Of a stretch of DNA of 64,000 bases, positions 1-8,830 are shown piece by piece (positions within the stretch are counted from its first letter, which is position 1; each line of letters starts with the position of its first letter). Both the position numbers and the translations under genes were made by a program. Source of the DNA: an uncultured Acidobacteriota bacterium (GTDB lineage: Bacteria; Acidobacteriota; Vicinamibacteria; Vicinamibacterales; UBA2999); the NCBI GenBank assembly GCA_963789815.1, contig CAWBMG010000013.1, forward strand, positions 729,569 to 793,568, given 5' to 3'. The notes under the pieces are model-generated. The model was not told the DNA's origin. It worked only from the letters and a program-made list of their open reading frames with translations, and did not search any database.

Positions 1-409
1 CGTTGTTCGATTGGCAATTCAGTGGGTTGGATTTCCCCGTGCCTCGCTGATCGACGAGCACAATGTCTCGGTCGCGCTGGACGCCGCGAAACAGTGCCTG
101 AACCTGAGGGGCCAATTGCGCAGCACCTTGGCCCGGACCTCCCGCGAGGAAGAACAACGGATCGGGCTGCACGTCGCTGCCGATCGAAGGCAGTACGACG
201 ATATTGAGGGCGATGCGGCGGCCCGACCTCGACTCACGATTCTCGAAGACTTCGACGTGTCCACAGTACGCGTCGGTCGGTCCCTCGGCGCTGTTGCACG
301 AATGCAACCGGTCCAGCCCGCCCGGCGCCGATGTGCCGGTGCATGCACCCGAGATGATCATGGTTGCGAGCGCGAGGAGGGTCACGGGCGCGCGAGTCAC
401 CGGGGCCAC
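1..409 (-). CDS. alpha/beta hydrolase (S33 aminopeptidase-like), probable lipoprotein; C-terminal part lies beyond the left edge
   Basis: My own minus-strand translation; the ORF track omits it because there is no stop in the window. GTG at 409 gives MAPVTRAPVTLLALATMIISGAC (lipobox-like), followed by LFFLAGGPGQGA and IVLVDQRGTGKSNPL motifs typical of alpha/beta hydrolases. Confidence 0.6.
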   Translation of the reverse strand, partial: MAPVTRAPVTLLALATMIISGACTGTSAPGGLDRLHSCNSAEGPTDAYCGHVEVFENRESRSGRRIALNIVVLPSIGSDVQPDPLFFLAGGPGQGAAQLAPQVQALFRGVQRDRDIVLVDQRGTGKSNPLNCQSNN

Positions 410-445
410 CGAGTGCAGCGCGCGCGCAGGTGTAGGATACCGTCC

Positions 446-2542
446 GTGTGGCTTCGCGCGGCTGTCGTCGTCTTGTCCGGTGTGTTGGTGTACACCAATG
501 CACTCTCGGGACAGTTTCTCTTCGACGATGAGAATGCGATTGTCACCAATTCAACTATTCGGCAACTCCAGCCTCTGACTGTACCGCTCAGTCCGCCGCG
601 CGACACGCCGGTCGCCGGACGGCCGCTCGTCAATCTCACATTTGCGCTGAACTACGCAAGCACAGGCCTTGATGTGCGGGCTTATCGCCTGACAAATCTC
701 GCAGTGCATTTGTTAGCAGGTCTCGTGCTGTTCGGCATCGTTCGGCGCAGCTTGCTAGGGCCGAAGCTGGCGAGCCACTTCGGTGCGCAATCGCTCACGC
801 TCGCTTGGGCGTGTGCGCTCGTGTGGACGCTTCACCCGTTGAACACCGAAGCCGTGAACTATTTGGCGGAGCGGACAGAGTCTCTGATGGGTCTTTGCTA
901 TCTGCTGACCGTGTACTGCGCGATTCGCGGAGTGAAGGGGTCAGGGCTCAAGGCTCAAGGCTCAGGGCTCAAGGCTCAAGGCTCAGGGCTTAAGGCTCAG
1001 GGCTCCGGGTTGTCGGCGTGGGACTTTGCGGCGGTCTTGGCGTGCACGGCAGGAATGGCATGTAAGGAATCGATGGTGACCGCGCCCTTCATCGTGGCGT
1101 TGTACGACCGCGTGTTCCTGTTCGACTCGGTGAAGGACGCTGTTCGACGGCGATGGCATGTGTATGCGGGACTTGCCGCGTCGTGGTTAGTTCTGGCGCT
1201 GCTGCTGTCCGGACAGCCGCGAACATCAGCCGGGTTTGGGTCCGGGACTGATCCCTGGACGTACTTCCTGAATCAGATGGACATCATCGTCCGGTACCTT
1301 CGGCTGAGCGTGTGGCCCCAAGGACTCGTGCTCGACTACGGGCTCCCACAGTCGCTCACACTCGCCGATGTTGTGTGGCCGGCCGGGTTCCTGACCGCTC
1401 TGGGCTTGGCCACACTCATTGCAATCCGCTATAGGCCGTTCGTCGGGTTTCTCGGGGCATGGTTCTTCATTACGCTTTCCCCGACGTCGAGCTTCGTCCC
1501 GATTGCCACCGAGGTCGGTGCCGAGCGACGCATGTATCTACCGTTGGCGGGGCTCGTGGTGTTGGCGGTTGTCGGTTCGTACGCCCTCATTGCTGCGCGC
1601 GCCGGAAGACCCACAGTCGTCGCGCCCGCCTTGCCTCGACGAACCCGCGGAGACACACCCCTCGACGACGCTCGCGAAAGTCGACGGGGGGAGTCGAGGA
1701 GCAGTCGTAGCTCGAAGAGCGCCCGTGTCTCGACGCCTCCTATGGCCGTGGCAACACGCCTGGGGATCGGAGTGCTCGTGAGCGTGTGCGCGTTGCTCGC
1801 CAGTGGGACCATCGCTCGCAACCGAGAATATCGATCGCGTCTGTCGATGGCGCAGACCATCGTTGACAGGCGCCCGCACGGCCGCGCGCACTTTCTACTT
1901 GGATCGGAGTTGGTGTCGGCAGGAGAGCACGACCGAGCGATGGCGGAGCTGCGACTCTCGGCCCGCGACTACCCCGGAGCGCATTACGCCTTGGCCACGG
2001 AGCTTCTGTTCGCGGGCCAGCTCGACGAGACGATTACCCACGCGAAGGAGTTCATCCGCCAGAGGCCGAACGACTCCGCGGTGGTCCCGGCGCGCGAGTT
2101 GCTGGCGCGCGCGCTCGGCTCGAAGGGGGACCTCGACGGGGCAGCCGAACAGTTCGCTCTGATTGTTCAGCGGGTGCCTCAGCACGCCGTTGCTCAGGCG
2201 TCTCTCGGGGATATTCGCCTGCGACAGAGACGCCTGGACGAGGCCATCAGCCACTTCGAATCGGCTCTCAAAGTTCAGCCTACTGACTCGATTCTCCTGG
2301 GGAAGCTCGGTTTGGCACTGGCCCAGGCCGGAAGGATGAGCGAGGCGACAACGGTTCTCGAACGAGCCGTGGCGGGTCGGCCAGCCGACGTCGGTCTCGC
2401 GAACATGCTAGGGCAGGCACTTGCGGCCCAAGGGCGCTACGCCGAAGCTTTGACGTATCTTCGACGAGTGGTCCAGCTCCTGCCAGGTGACGCCCAAGCC
2501 GCCCGTAACCTCTCGGCGGCCGAGAGGTTGGCCACCAAGTAG
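446..2542 (+). CDS. TPR-repeat membrane protein with an N-terminal polytopic PMT_2/DUF1736-like glycosyltransferase-type domain
   Basis: In-frame GTG at 446 within ORF 11..2542, placed after the divergent hydrolase start. N-terminus VLVYTNALSGQFLFDDENAIV plus multiple TM segments. The C-terminal third carries TPR-like repeats (AHYALATELLFAGQLDE, AVAQASLGDIRLRQRRLDEAI). Start position is uncertain. Confidence 0.75.
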   Translation: MWLRAAVVVLSGVLVYTNALSGQFLFDDENAIVTNSTIRQLQPLTVPLSPPRDTPVAGRPLVNLTFALNYASTGLDVRAYRLTNLAVHLLAGLVLFGIVRRSLLGPKLASHFGAQSLTLAWACALVWTLHPLNTEAVNYLAERTESLMGLCYLLTVYCAIRGVKGSGLKAQGSGLKAQGSGLKAQGSGLSAWDFAAVLACTAGMACKESMVTAPFIVALYDRVFLFDSVKDAVRRRWHVYAGLAASWLVLALLLSGQPRTSAGFGSGTDPWTYFLNQMDIIVRYLRLSVWPQGLVLDYGLPQSLTLADVVWPAGFLTALGLATLIAIRYRPFVGFLGAWFFITLSPTSSFVPIATEVGAERRMYLPLAGLVVLAVVGSYALIAARAGRPTVVAPALPRRTRGDTPLDDARESRRGESRSSRSSKSARVSTPPMAVATRLGIGVLVSVCALLASGTIARNREYRSRLSMAQTIVDRRPHGRAHFLLGSELVSAGEHDRAMAELRLSARDYPGAHYALATELLFAGQLDETITHAKEFIRQRPNDSAVVPARELLARALGSKGDLDGAAEQFALIVQRVPQHAVAQASLGDIRLRQRRLDEAISHFESALKVQPTDSILLGKLGLALAQAGRMSEATTVLERAVAGRPADVGLANMLGQALAAQGRYAEALTYLRRVVQLLPGDAQAARNLSAAERLATK
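938..1012. repeat. in-frame 21-nt tandem repeat encoding (GSGLKAQ)x3 plus GSGL inside the TPR membrane protein
   Basis: GGCTCAGGGCTCAAGGCTCAA units read directly. The same GGGCTCAG/AAGGCTCAG motif forms the intergenic array at 15141-15259. Confidence 0.9.
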
Positions 2543-2545
2543 TAG

Positions 2546-2566
2546 CTGAATCAGCCTCTGATTCAG
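2546..2566 (+). terminator. perfect 9-bp hairpin just after the stop codon, with no U-tract
   Basis: CTGAATCAG-CCT-CTGATTCAG sits 4 nt after the TAG at 2540-2542. No T-run follows, so terminator function is uncertain. Confidence 0.35.
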
Positions 2567-2606
2567 ACACTGCAATTCCCCCCTAGCCCCCTTCCCCTCG
2601 TCCCCC

Positions 2607-2612
2607 TATAAT
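2607..2612 (+). promoter_or_regulatory. -10-like TATAAT 13 nt upstream of the GntR start, implying a very short leader
   Basis: Exact TATAAT hexamer in the 82-bp gap before the ATG at 2625. No clear Shine-Dalgarno sequence lies between them. Confidence 0.3.
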
Positions 2613-2624
2613 GGGCACGTAAAA

Positions 2625-3371
2625 ATGGTTGCACTGACCGGATCCCGGCAACCGTCAAGCCTCGCCTCCGAGGCCTATAGTGTCGTGCGTCAACGGATCT
2701 TGCGTGGCGACATCGGACTTGGACAAGCGGTTTCGCGCCGCAAACTGGCCGCCGAGTTGAACATGAGCTTCCTGCCAGTGTCGGAAGCGCTCCTGCGACT
2801 CGAGTTCGAGGGCTTGCTCGAGAGCCGTGCGCGCGCCGGCACACGAGTCCGCATTCCCTCTCAAGAGGACATCAAGGGACATTATGTTGTCAGGGAGGCG
2901 CTGGAACTGCAGGCCGCGGCTCGATTCACTCAGCTTGCGACGGCCAGCGAACGCGCGGAGCTTCAGGTGCTTGCCTTGCGTGTCGACGCCCTGTCCACAC
3001 AATCTGATCGTCCCCTGTACGTAGGCACGCACAACAAGTTCCACCTTCGCATCGCCCAGGCGGGCCGGTGCCCTGCTTTACTCGAAGCCATCGAGAAAAC
3101 TCACGCCCTGGCGTCCATCTGGTTTTGTGCGATGCAGCAGTCCACGACGGATGGCACGCCGACTCGTCATCAATTCCTGGCCGAGGCGCTCGTCAGCGGC
3201 GATGAGGCGCGTGCCTCGCAAGCCATGCGCCAGCACCTGGAGGTCGGGCTGCGTCACGCTCTCGAGGTGCTTCAGCCGTACTTCAAACTGCGGAAGTTGA
3301 CGGGGAAGACCTTTTTCCGCACGGACCGGAATCTGAAGCCACCCGCCCCGAGTCTTCCGACGCCAAGCTAG
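2625..3371 (+). CDS. GntR/FadR-family transcriptional regulator (wHTH plus FCD-like domain)
   Basis: N-terminus YSVVRQRILRGDIGLGQAVSRRKLAAELNMSFLPVSEALLRLEFEGLLESRARAGTRV matches the GntR wHTH pattern. The C-terminal domain is helical. Confidence 0.9.
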   Translation: MVALTGSRQPSSLASEAYSVVRQRILRGDIGLGQAVSRRKLAAELNMSFLPVSEALLRLEFEGLLESRARAGTRVRIPSQEDIKGHYVVREALELQAAARFTQLATASERAELQVLALRVDALSTQSDRPLYVGTHNKFHLRIAQAGRCPALLEAIEKTHALASIWFCAMQQSTTDGTPTRHQFLAEALVSGDEARASQAMRQHLEVGLRHALEVLQPYFKLRKLTGKTFFRTDRNLKPPAPSLPTPS

Positions 3372-3414
3372 GACACTCTCGACAGACGCTATTCACGCGG
3401 CCCGCGTGCGTGTG

Positions 3415-3443
3415 TTGACAGAGTATCAATCGAAGGCCAGAAT
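3415..3443 (+). promoter_or_regulatory. sigma70-like promoter candidate (TTGACA, 17 nt spacer, CAGAAT) upstream of the secreted-protein/TBDR genes
   Basis: Perfect -35 hexamer at 3415-3420 and a weak -10 at 3438-3443. CAGAATA (3438-3444) and TATTCTG (3468-3474) form a 7-bp inverted repeat that could be an operator. Confidence 0.35.
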
Positions 3444-3504
3444 AAGGGGTCGCGGTGTGTGTAGTGATATTCTGCGCACTCTGACTTTTGCTGGAGGTTG
3501 TTCG

Positions 3505-3909
3505 ATGCGGACCAAGTTTGCTGTCGTAGTTGCCGGGATTGTCTTGCTCGCGGGCGTGCGTCCGCTCGTGGCGCACCATTCGTTCTCGGCCGAGTTCGAT
3601 GCCAATAAGCCGTTCAAGATGACCGGGACGGTAACCAAGGTTGAGTGGATGAACCCCCACACCTTCTTCTACATCGACGTCGTCGATGAGAAGACCAAGA
3701 AGGTGACCAATTGGGCGATGGAGATGGGGAGCCCCAACGGTCTCATGCGGCAGGGTTGGTCGCGAAACACCATGAAGATCGGCGACCAGGTCATTGTTGA
3801 AGGCAGCCTCGCAAAAGACGGGAGCCCCACTGGCAACGCCCGCGCAGTAGTGATGGCCTCTACGGGCCAGAAGCTCTTCGCCGCGTCGAGCCAGGGCGCC
3901 ACGCAGTAA
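3505..3909 (+). CDS. small secreted protein, resembles the DUF6152 group
   Basis: GGAGG lies 7 nt before the ATG at 3505. Signal peptide MRTKFAVVVAGIVLLAGVRPLVA is followed by HHSFSAEFD. Product is about 134 aa. Confidence 0.8.
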   Translation: MRTKFAVVVAGIVLLAGVRPLVAHHSFSAEFDANKPFKMTGTVTKVEWMNPHTFFYIDVVDEKTKKVTNWAMEMGSPNGLMRQGWSRNTMKIGDQVIVEGSLAKDGSPTGNARAVVMASTGQKLFAASSQGATQ

Positions 3910-3924
3910 CGCGAGGAGCGTCTC

Positions 3925-4956
3925 TTGAACAACAGGATTCAGACCGCGCTCGCTGGCGCGACGGCAGCGTTCGTGTTCTCGACGACGGTTTGGGTCACTG
4001 AGGCGCAGCAGGGCGCCGCGATACCAGGTCAGCCTCAGCCCGCGGCCGATGGACAATCGGGCCGCGGGCGGGGCCGCCAAACCGGCCCGGTGCTTCCGAC
4101 ACCACGCCTACCCGACGGCACCGTGAACTTTGGTCGAGTGCCGGGTGAGAAGGGTACCTGGAACGTCCCGTACATCACGAACATGGCGATGCGCGTCATT
4201 GGTCCTGATGGCCAGTTGCTGCCGGAGATCGTGACGTATCAGCAGGCGCAACAAGCGGCGCGCGCTGGCGGGGCTGGTGCGCGAGGCGCCGGCGGCGGTG
4301 GCGGTCGCGGTGGCTCCAAGTCTGAACCCTGGATGCCGTGGATGCCGTGGTCCGCGGCTGTGTACGACTACAACTCCGCAAACGAATCCAAGTACGACCC
4401 TGAAGGTTACTGCCTGCCACCTGGTGGTCCCAGGATGATGGCGACGCCCTATCAGATGGAGATCATTCAGCTGCCCGAGCACAAGCGCATCGTGATGATC
4501 TTCGAAGGCGCGACGCACATCTGGCGCGAGATCTACATGGACGGTCGCAAGTTCCCCGAAGGTGACGCCCTCAACCCGACGTACCTTGGCTACTCGGTCG
4601 GCCATTGGGAAGGCGACACGCTCGTCGTCGAGAACAAGGGCTTCAACGAGAACAGTTGGTTCGACTACTTCGGCCATCCGCATACCGACCAGATGCACGT
4701 GATCGAGCGGTGGACACGCCCGAACAAGCAGACGCTGCACTACGAAGCGACCGTCACCGATCCGGGCGCTTATACCCGGCCGTTCACGATCGCCTGGGAC
4801 ATTCCCTTCAATGCGACGAGCGAGTTGCCCGAGTACATCTGTCAAGAGAACAACCGGTACTTGAACCGGCTCCAAGACGATCACGGTCAGCCAATCTTTG
4901 GACCTCGTCCGCAGCCTGGTCGGCGTCCTGCGGGCGGCAGCCGGGGAACGAGATAA
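3925..4956 (+). CDS. uncharacterised secreted protein, paralogue family type A (GHWEGDTLVVE motif)
   Basis: TTG start, signal peptide, Gly/Ala/Arg-rich linker. The conserved C-terminal domain is shared with 10748..11719 (WxGDTLVVE, RxTR, YEATVxD, EYxCxExN). Confidence 0.8.
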   Translation: MNNRIQTALAGATAAFVFSTTVWVTEAQQGAAIPGQPQPAADGQSGRGRGRQTGPVLPTPRLPDGTVNFGRVPGEKGTWNVPYITNMAMRVIGPDGQLLPEIVTYQQAQQAARAGGAGARGAGGGGGRGGSKSEPWMPWMPWSAAVYDYNSANESKYDPEGYCLPPGGPRMMATPYQMEIIQLPEHKRIVMIFEGATHIWREIYMDGRKFPEGDALNPTYLGYSVGHWEGDTLVVENKGFNENSWFDYFGHPHTDQMHVIERWTRPNKQTLHYEATVTDPGAYTRPFTIAWDIPFNATSELPEYICQENNRYLNRLQDDHGQPIFGPRPQPGRRPAGGSRGTR

Positions 4957-4958
4957 GG

Positions 4959-5366
4959 ATGCGGTTCGGAGTTCTACCGTCGTTGGTACTCGCGGGCCTG
5001 TTGTGCCTGCCGGCAACGGCTGGGGCGCAGTTTGGCCACCCCATGAAGGGTCAGTGGAGTGGAGAGTGGGGTGCCAAGGACGGCCCTCAGCGCCTTCTCC
5101 TCAATCTTGAATGGGACGGGAAGGCGATCACTGGCGTGATCAACCCGGGGCCCGCCGCCGCCGTCGTGAAGTCCGTGACGTTCGACTACACAAATCCCTC
5201 GGCCTGGGTCGTCAAGATCGCCGCCGAGGGCAAGGACGCCTCAGGCAAACCGATCCCGATTGCTGTGGATGGCAAGTTGGAGAACATCGGGGCGTACTAC
5301 AAGCACTTCCACGGCACCTGGACACAGGGCGGCCAAAAGGGCGAATTCGCGGTCACGCGAAACTGA
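4959..5366 (+). CDS. small secreted protein of unknown function
   Basis: ATG at 4959, 2 nt after the upstream stop. Signal peptide MRFGVLPSLVLAGLLCLPATAGA. The rest of the supplied 253-aa ORF is out-of-frame overlap. Confidence 0.7.
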   Translation: MRFGVLPSLVLAGLLCLPATAGAQFGHPMKGQWSGEWGAKDGPQRLLLNLEWDGKAITGVINPGPAAAVVKSVTFDYTNPSAWVVKIAAEGKDASGKPIPIAVDGKLENIGAYYKHFHGTWTQGGQKGEFAVTRN

Positions 5367-5620
5367 CCAGGCGGCGTTCCGTCGCCTTTGGTGTTTCTAT
5401 CTACAGATCGCCGATTTATCGGCACTCTTGCCAAAACGGGAATCGCCGTAAAGGCGATCTTGCGGGCGCCCCGAGTGCTAACATACGTCGGCTAAGCCGT
5501 TTAGCGACGGGGCTATACGGCCGGGCGATCGAAGAGGACGTTCCCGAAGGCAACGAACGATCCGACGGTAACAGAGCGCGGGGTCAGGAATAAACACGAC
5601 ACATGATGGAGGTTCGTTAA

Positions 5621-8600
5621 ATGCGTGCATCTGTTCGGATCGCACACGTGCTGGCTTGGTTGGTCCTCGTACCGACCTTGGCGTTTGCACAGGCGTCGAT
5701 CACAGGGATCGTCAGGGATACTTCCGGCGCCGTGCTCCCCGGAGTCACCGTGGAAGCGGCAAGCCCCGAGCTCATCGAGAAAGTACGAACTGTTGTCACC
5801 GATGGCAGCGGCCAGTATCGCATCGTCGACTTGCGCCCCGGCATCTACTCGGTCACCTTCGGGCTGCCTGGCTTCAATACCGTCAAGCGCGAGGGTATCG
5901 AGCTGACAGGGAGCTTCACTGCGGCTATCAACGCCGACATGAAAATCGGGTCGATCGAGGAAACGATCACCGTCACAGGCGAGACGCCCATCGTCGACAC
6001 GCAAAGTGTCCGGCGTCAGGTCACTGTATCGAATGAGCTCATTTCGGCGATGCCGGCGGCGCGCTCGTACGCCGGTGTGATGATGCTCATTCCCGCGACG
6101 ACGACACAGGCGGGCGGTAACCTCGACATCCAGGTCACGCCCGGCATGCTCGTGTTCGGCGGCGCAGGCGGCCGGAATAACGAAGCGCGCATCCAGGTGG
6201 ATGGCTTGAACACCGGCGCGGCGTTCAACGGAGCCGGCGTCTCGAGCTACGTCCCCGACATTAGCAATGCCCAGGAAATCTCCATGACCACGTCCGGTGG
6301 CATGGGCGAGGCGGAAGTTGGTGGGCCGTCGTTCAGCATCGTCCCGAAAACGGGCGGCAACTCGCTCAAGGGCAGCGTCTACGCTTCGAACATCACCGAT
6401 GGAATGGTCGGCGACAACTACACCGACGAACTCAAAGCGCGTGGCCTCGTGACACCAGGTAGGCTATTCAAGTTGTGGGACTACAACCTTGGCATCGGTG
6501 GACCGATCAAGAAGGACACCGTGTGGTTCTTCTTCCAGTTCCGTGACGAAGGCAGCCATCGCACGATTCCGGGCATGTTTGCCAACGCGAACATGGGCGA
6601 CCCGACGAAATGGACGTATGTCGCAAACCAGAGTCTGCCGGCCGTTGCGGCGGGAAGTTGGCGGAATGCTGCGTTACGTTTGACGTTCCAACCGACACCG
6701 CGCAACAAGTTCAACGTGTTCTGGGACCAGCAGATGCCCTGTCAGGGAGCAGGATATCTTGGTACCGACGCTGGATGCCGCCAATCAGGTCCTGGCGAGA
6801 TCATCTGCGGCGCGGCGGGAGCTTCCAATCCTCCATGCAGCGCGATCGCGGCGCCCGAGAACGGAACGTATCTGAGCGGCTACGGGCAGCGGGTGCAGCA
6901 AGCGACCTGGACGTCGACAGTGACGAACCGGCTCCTCCTCGAGTCTGGTTTCGGCACCTACCTCAGTCAGTGGGGCGGCACACCGCACCCCGGCAGCAAT
7001 TTCACCGAGCTCGTGGGCGTGACCGAGCAGTGCACGGCAGGCTGCGCGGCTAACGGTAACATCGCGGGCCTCCAGTACCGCTCGGGCACCTATCGGCAGA
7101 ACCTCCAGGGCACCTTCGGTTGGCGCGGCTCGGCGTCATACGTAAGCGGCGCGCAGAGCATGAAGTTCGGTTACCAGGGAGGCTACCTGAAAGACAACCA
7201 GTACACCTACACGAACAACCAGTTCGTGTCGTACCGGTTCAACAATGGCGTTCCGAATCAGATTACCGAGAACATCAATTCCTTCCCCGCTCAGCAGCGC
7301 GTCCGGTACGACGCGTTTTACGCGCAGGATCAGTGGACGCGCGGACGGTTTACCGTTCAAGGGGCTATTCGGTACGACCACGCCTGGAGCTACTTCCCAG
7401 AAGCTACCGTTCCCGTGCAGCGTTTCGTGGCGACGGCGATCACCTATCCCGAAACGAAAGGTGTAACCGGATACCACGACATCACGCCCCGCGGCGGCGT
7501 GGCGTGGGACGTGTTCGGGACCGGAAAGACCTCGGTCAAGGTCAACGTCGGCAAATACCTGCAGGCCGCGCAGAACGGCTTGACCTACGGCCAGTTGCGA
7601 CCGACGTCACGCCTGACCACGACGACGACCCGCACGTGGACCGATGCGAACTCGAACTACGTGCCGGAGTGCGACTTGACGAGCCCGGCCGCCAACGGTG
7701 AGTGCGCGGCGATTGGGATCGCGGCCTTCGGGAGCAACGTGTTCACGAGCACGCTCGACGAGAGGCTGGTCAACGGTTGGGGCGTCCGCCCGGGTGACTG
7801 GCAGTACGGCGTGTCGATCCAGCAAGAGCTTCTGCCGCGCGTCTCGGCCGAGTTCGGCTTCAACCGTCGTTGGCTCACCAACTTCGTGGTGACCGACAAC
7901 TTGCTGCAGCCAGCGAACGAGTTCGGGACGTTCAGCATTGTCGCGCCCGTCGATCCGCGGCTACCGTCGGAAGCGTCGGGCCGGACCATCTCTGGTCTCT
8001 ACAATGCGAATCCGAGTGTTTCGACGTTGCAGAACGAGCTTCAGGCTCTGGCCGGCGATTTCGGGGACTACTCCCGAAAGTCGAAGGGATTCCTGTTCAA
8101 CATCAGCGCGCGGCCCCGCAACGGGTTGGTGTTCCAGGGAGGGATGAGTACAGGCGAAACGCGCACTGACTATTGTGACGTCAGGGCCGTCCTGCCGGAG
8201 CAGCTCACGGCGGGGCCAGTGACTGTGGAGAGCTATACGCCGACCAATCCGTGGTGCAACTTCTCGACCGGTTGGGTGACGCGGTATACGGGCCTCGGTT
8301 CGTATGTGGTCCCGAAGGTCGAAGTGCAGGTCTCCGGCACCTTCAGGAGCGACCAAGGCGGCATTCTGATGGCGAACTACAACGCGACGAGCGCACAGAT
8401 CGCGCCGTCGCTGGGTCGGCCGCTCTCGAACGCGGCGCCCAACGTCAGCGTCAACTTGATCGAGCCGGGCACGCTGTATGGCGATCGGGTGAACGAGATC
8501 GACCTTCGATTCGCAAAGATCCTGAGGTTCGGCCGAACACGGACCAACGTCGGATTCGATGTCTACAACATCCTGAACTCGGCGCCGATTCTGACTTACA

Positions 8601-8695
8601 ACCAGACCTATTCGCCAACGAGCACCACATGGCTGACGCCGAACTCGGTACTCCAGCCGCGCTTCTGGAAGTTCAGCGTGCAAGTCGATTTCTAA
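5621..8695 (+). CDS. TonB-dependent receptor with N-terminal carboxypeptidase-regulatory-like domain
   Basis: Signal peptide followed by ITGIVRDTSGAVLPGVTVEAASPELIEKVRTVVTDGSGQYRIVDLRPGIYSVTF (CarboxypepD_reg type). Plug-like region, long beta-barrel, C-terminal aromatic residue (VQVDF). Confidence 0.9.
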   Translation: MRASVRIAHVLAWLVLVPTLAFAQASITGIVRDTSGAVLPGVTVEAASPELIEKVRTVVTDGSGQYRIVDLRPGIYSVTFGLPGFNTVKREGIELTGSFTAAINADMKIGSIEETITVTGETPIVDTQSVRRQVTVSNELISAMPAARSYAGVMMLIPATTTQAGGNLDIQVTPGMLVFGGAGGRNNEARIQVDGLNTGAAFNGAGVSSYVPDISNAQEISMTTSGGMGEAEVGGPSFSIVPKTGGNSLKGSVYASNITDGMVGDNYTDELKARGLVTPGRLFKLWDYNLGIGGPIKKDTVWFFFQFRDEGSHRTIPGMFANANMGDPTKWTYVANQSLPAVAAGSWRNAALRLTFQPTPRNKFNVFWDQQMPCQGAGYLGTDAGCRQSGPGEIICGAAGASNPPCSAIAAPENGTYLSGYGQRVQQATWTSTVTNRLLLESGFGTYLSQWGGTPHPGSNFTELVGVTEQCTAGCAANGNIAGLQYRSGTYRQNLQGTFGWRGSASYVSGAQSMKFGYQGGYLKDNQYTYTNNQFVSYRFNNGVPNQITENINSFPAQQRVRYDAFYAQDQWTRGRFTVQGAIRYDHAWSYFPEATVPVQRFVATAITYPETKGVTGYHDITPRGGVAWDVFGTGKTSVKVNVGKYLQAAQNGLTYGQLRPTSRLTTTTTRTWTDANSNYVPECDLTSPAANGECAAIGIAAFGSNVFTSTLDERLVNGWGVRPGDWQYGVSIQQELLPRVSAEFGFNRRWLTNFVVTDNLLQPANEFGTFSIVAPVDPRLPSEASGRTISGLYNANPSVSTLQNELQALAGDFGDYSRKSKGFLFNISARPRNGLVFQGGMSTGETRTDYCDVRAVLPEQLTAGPVTVESYTPTNPWCNFSTGWVTRYTGLGSYVVPKVEVQVSGTFRSDQGGILMANYNATSAQIAPSLGRPLSNAAPNVSVNLIEPGTLYGDRVNEIDLRFAKILRFGRTRTNVGFDVYNILNSAPILTYNQTYSPTSTTWLTPNSVLQPRFWKFSVQVDF

Positions 8696-8746
8696 CTACC
8701 TCGTAGGGCGGGTCTTGCTGTTGAGACCCGCCTCCCTTGACTCCAG

Positions 8747-8780
8747 GAGCCGGGCTCGATTTCAGCCCGGCTCTTTTCTT
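8747..8780 (+). terminator. intrinsic terminator downstream of the TBDR gene
   Basis: GAGCCGGGCT-CGATTTC-AGCCCGGCTC followed by TTTTCTT. A second GC hairpin precedes it at about 8707-8732. Confidence 0.75.
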
Positions 8781-8793
8781 GTACGAGCTGTAG

Positions 8794-8829
8794 GTCTTCG
8801 TGACCTTCGTGTCTTTCGTGCGCTTCGTG
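8794..8829. repeat. four tandem 9-mers (nnCTTCGTG) immediately upstream of the ligJ start
   Basis: GTCTTCGTG ACCTTCGTG TCTTTCGTG CGCTTCGTG read directly. They occupy the position where an RBS would be expected. Confidence 0.85.
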
Positions 8830-8830
8830 G

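Noticed and set aside
11-445. N-terminal 145 codons of the supplied 843-aa ORF
   Set aside because: This stretch is antisense to a convincing alpha/beta hydrolase N-terminus on the minus strand (1..409) and has no membrane or TPR features. The PMT-like domain begins right after the in-frame GTG at 446.
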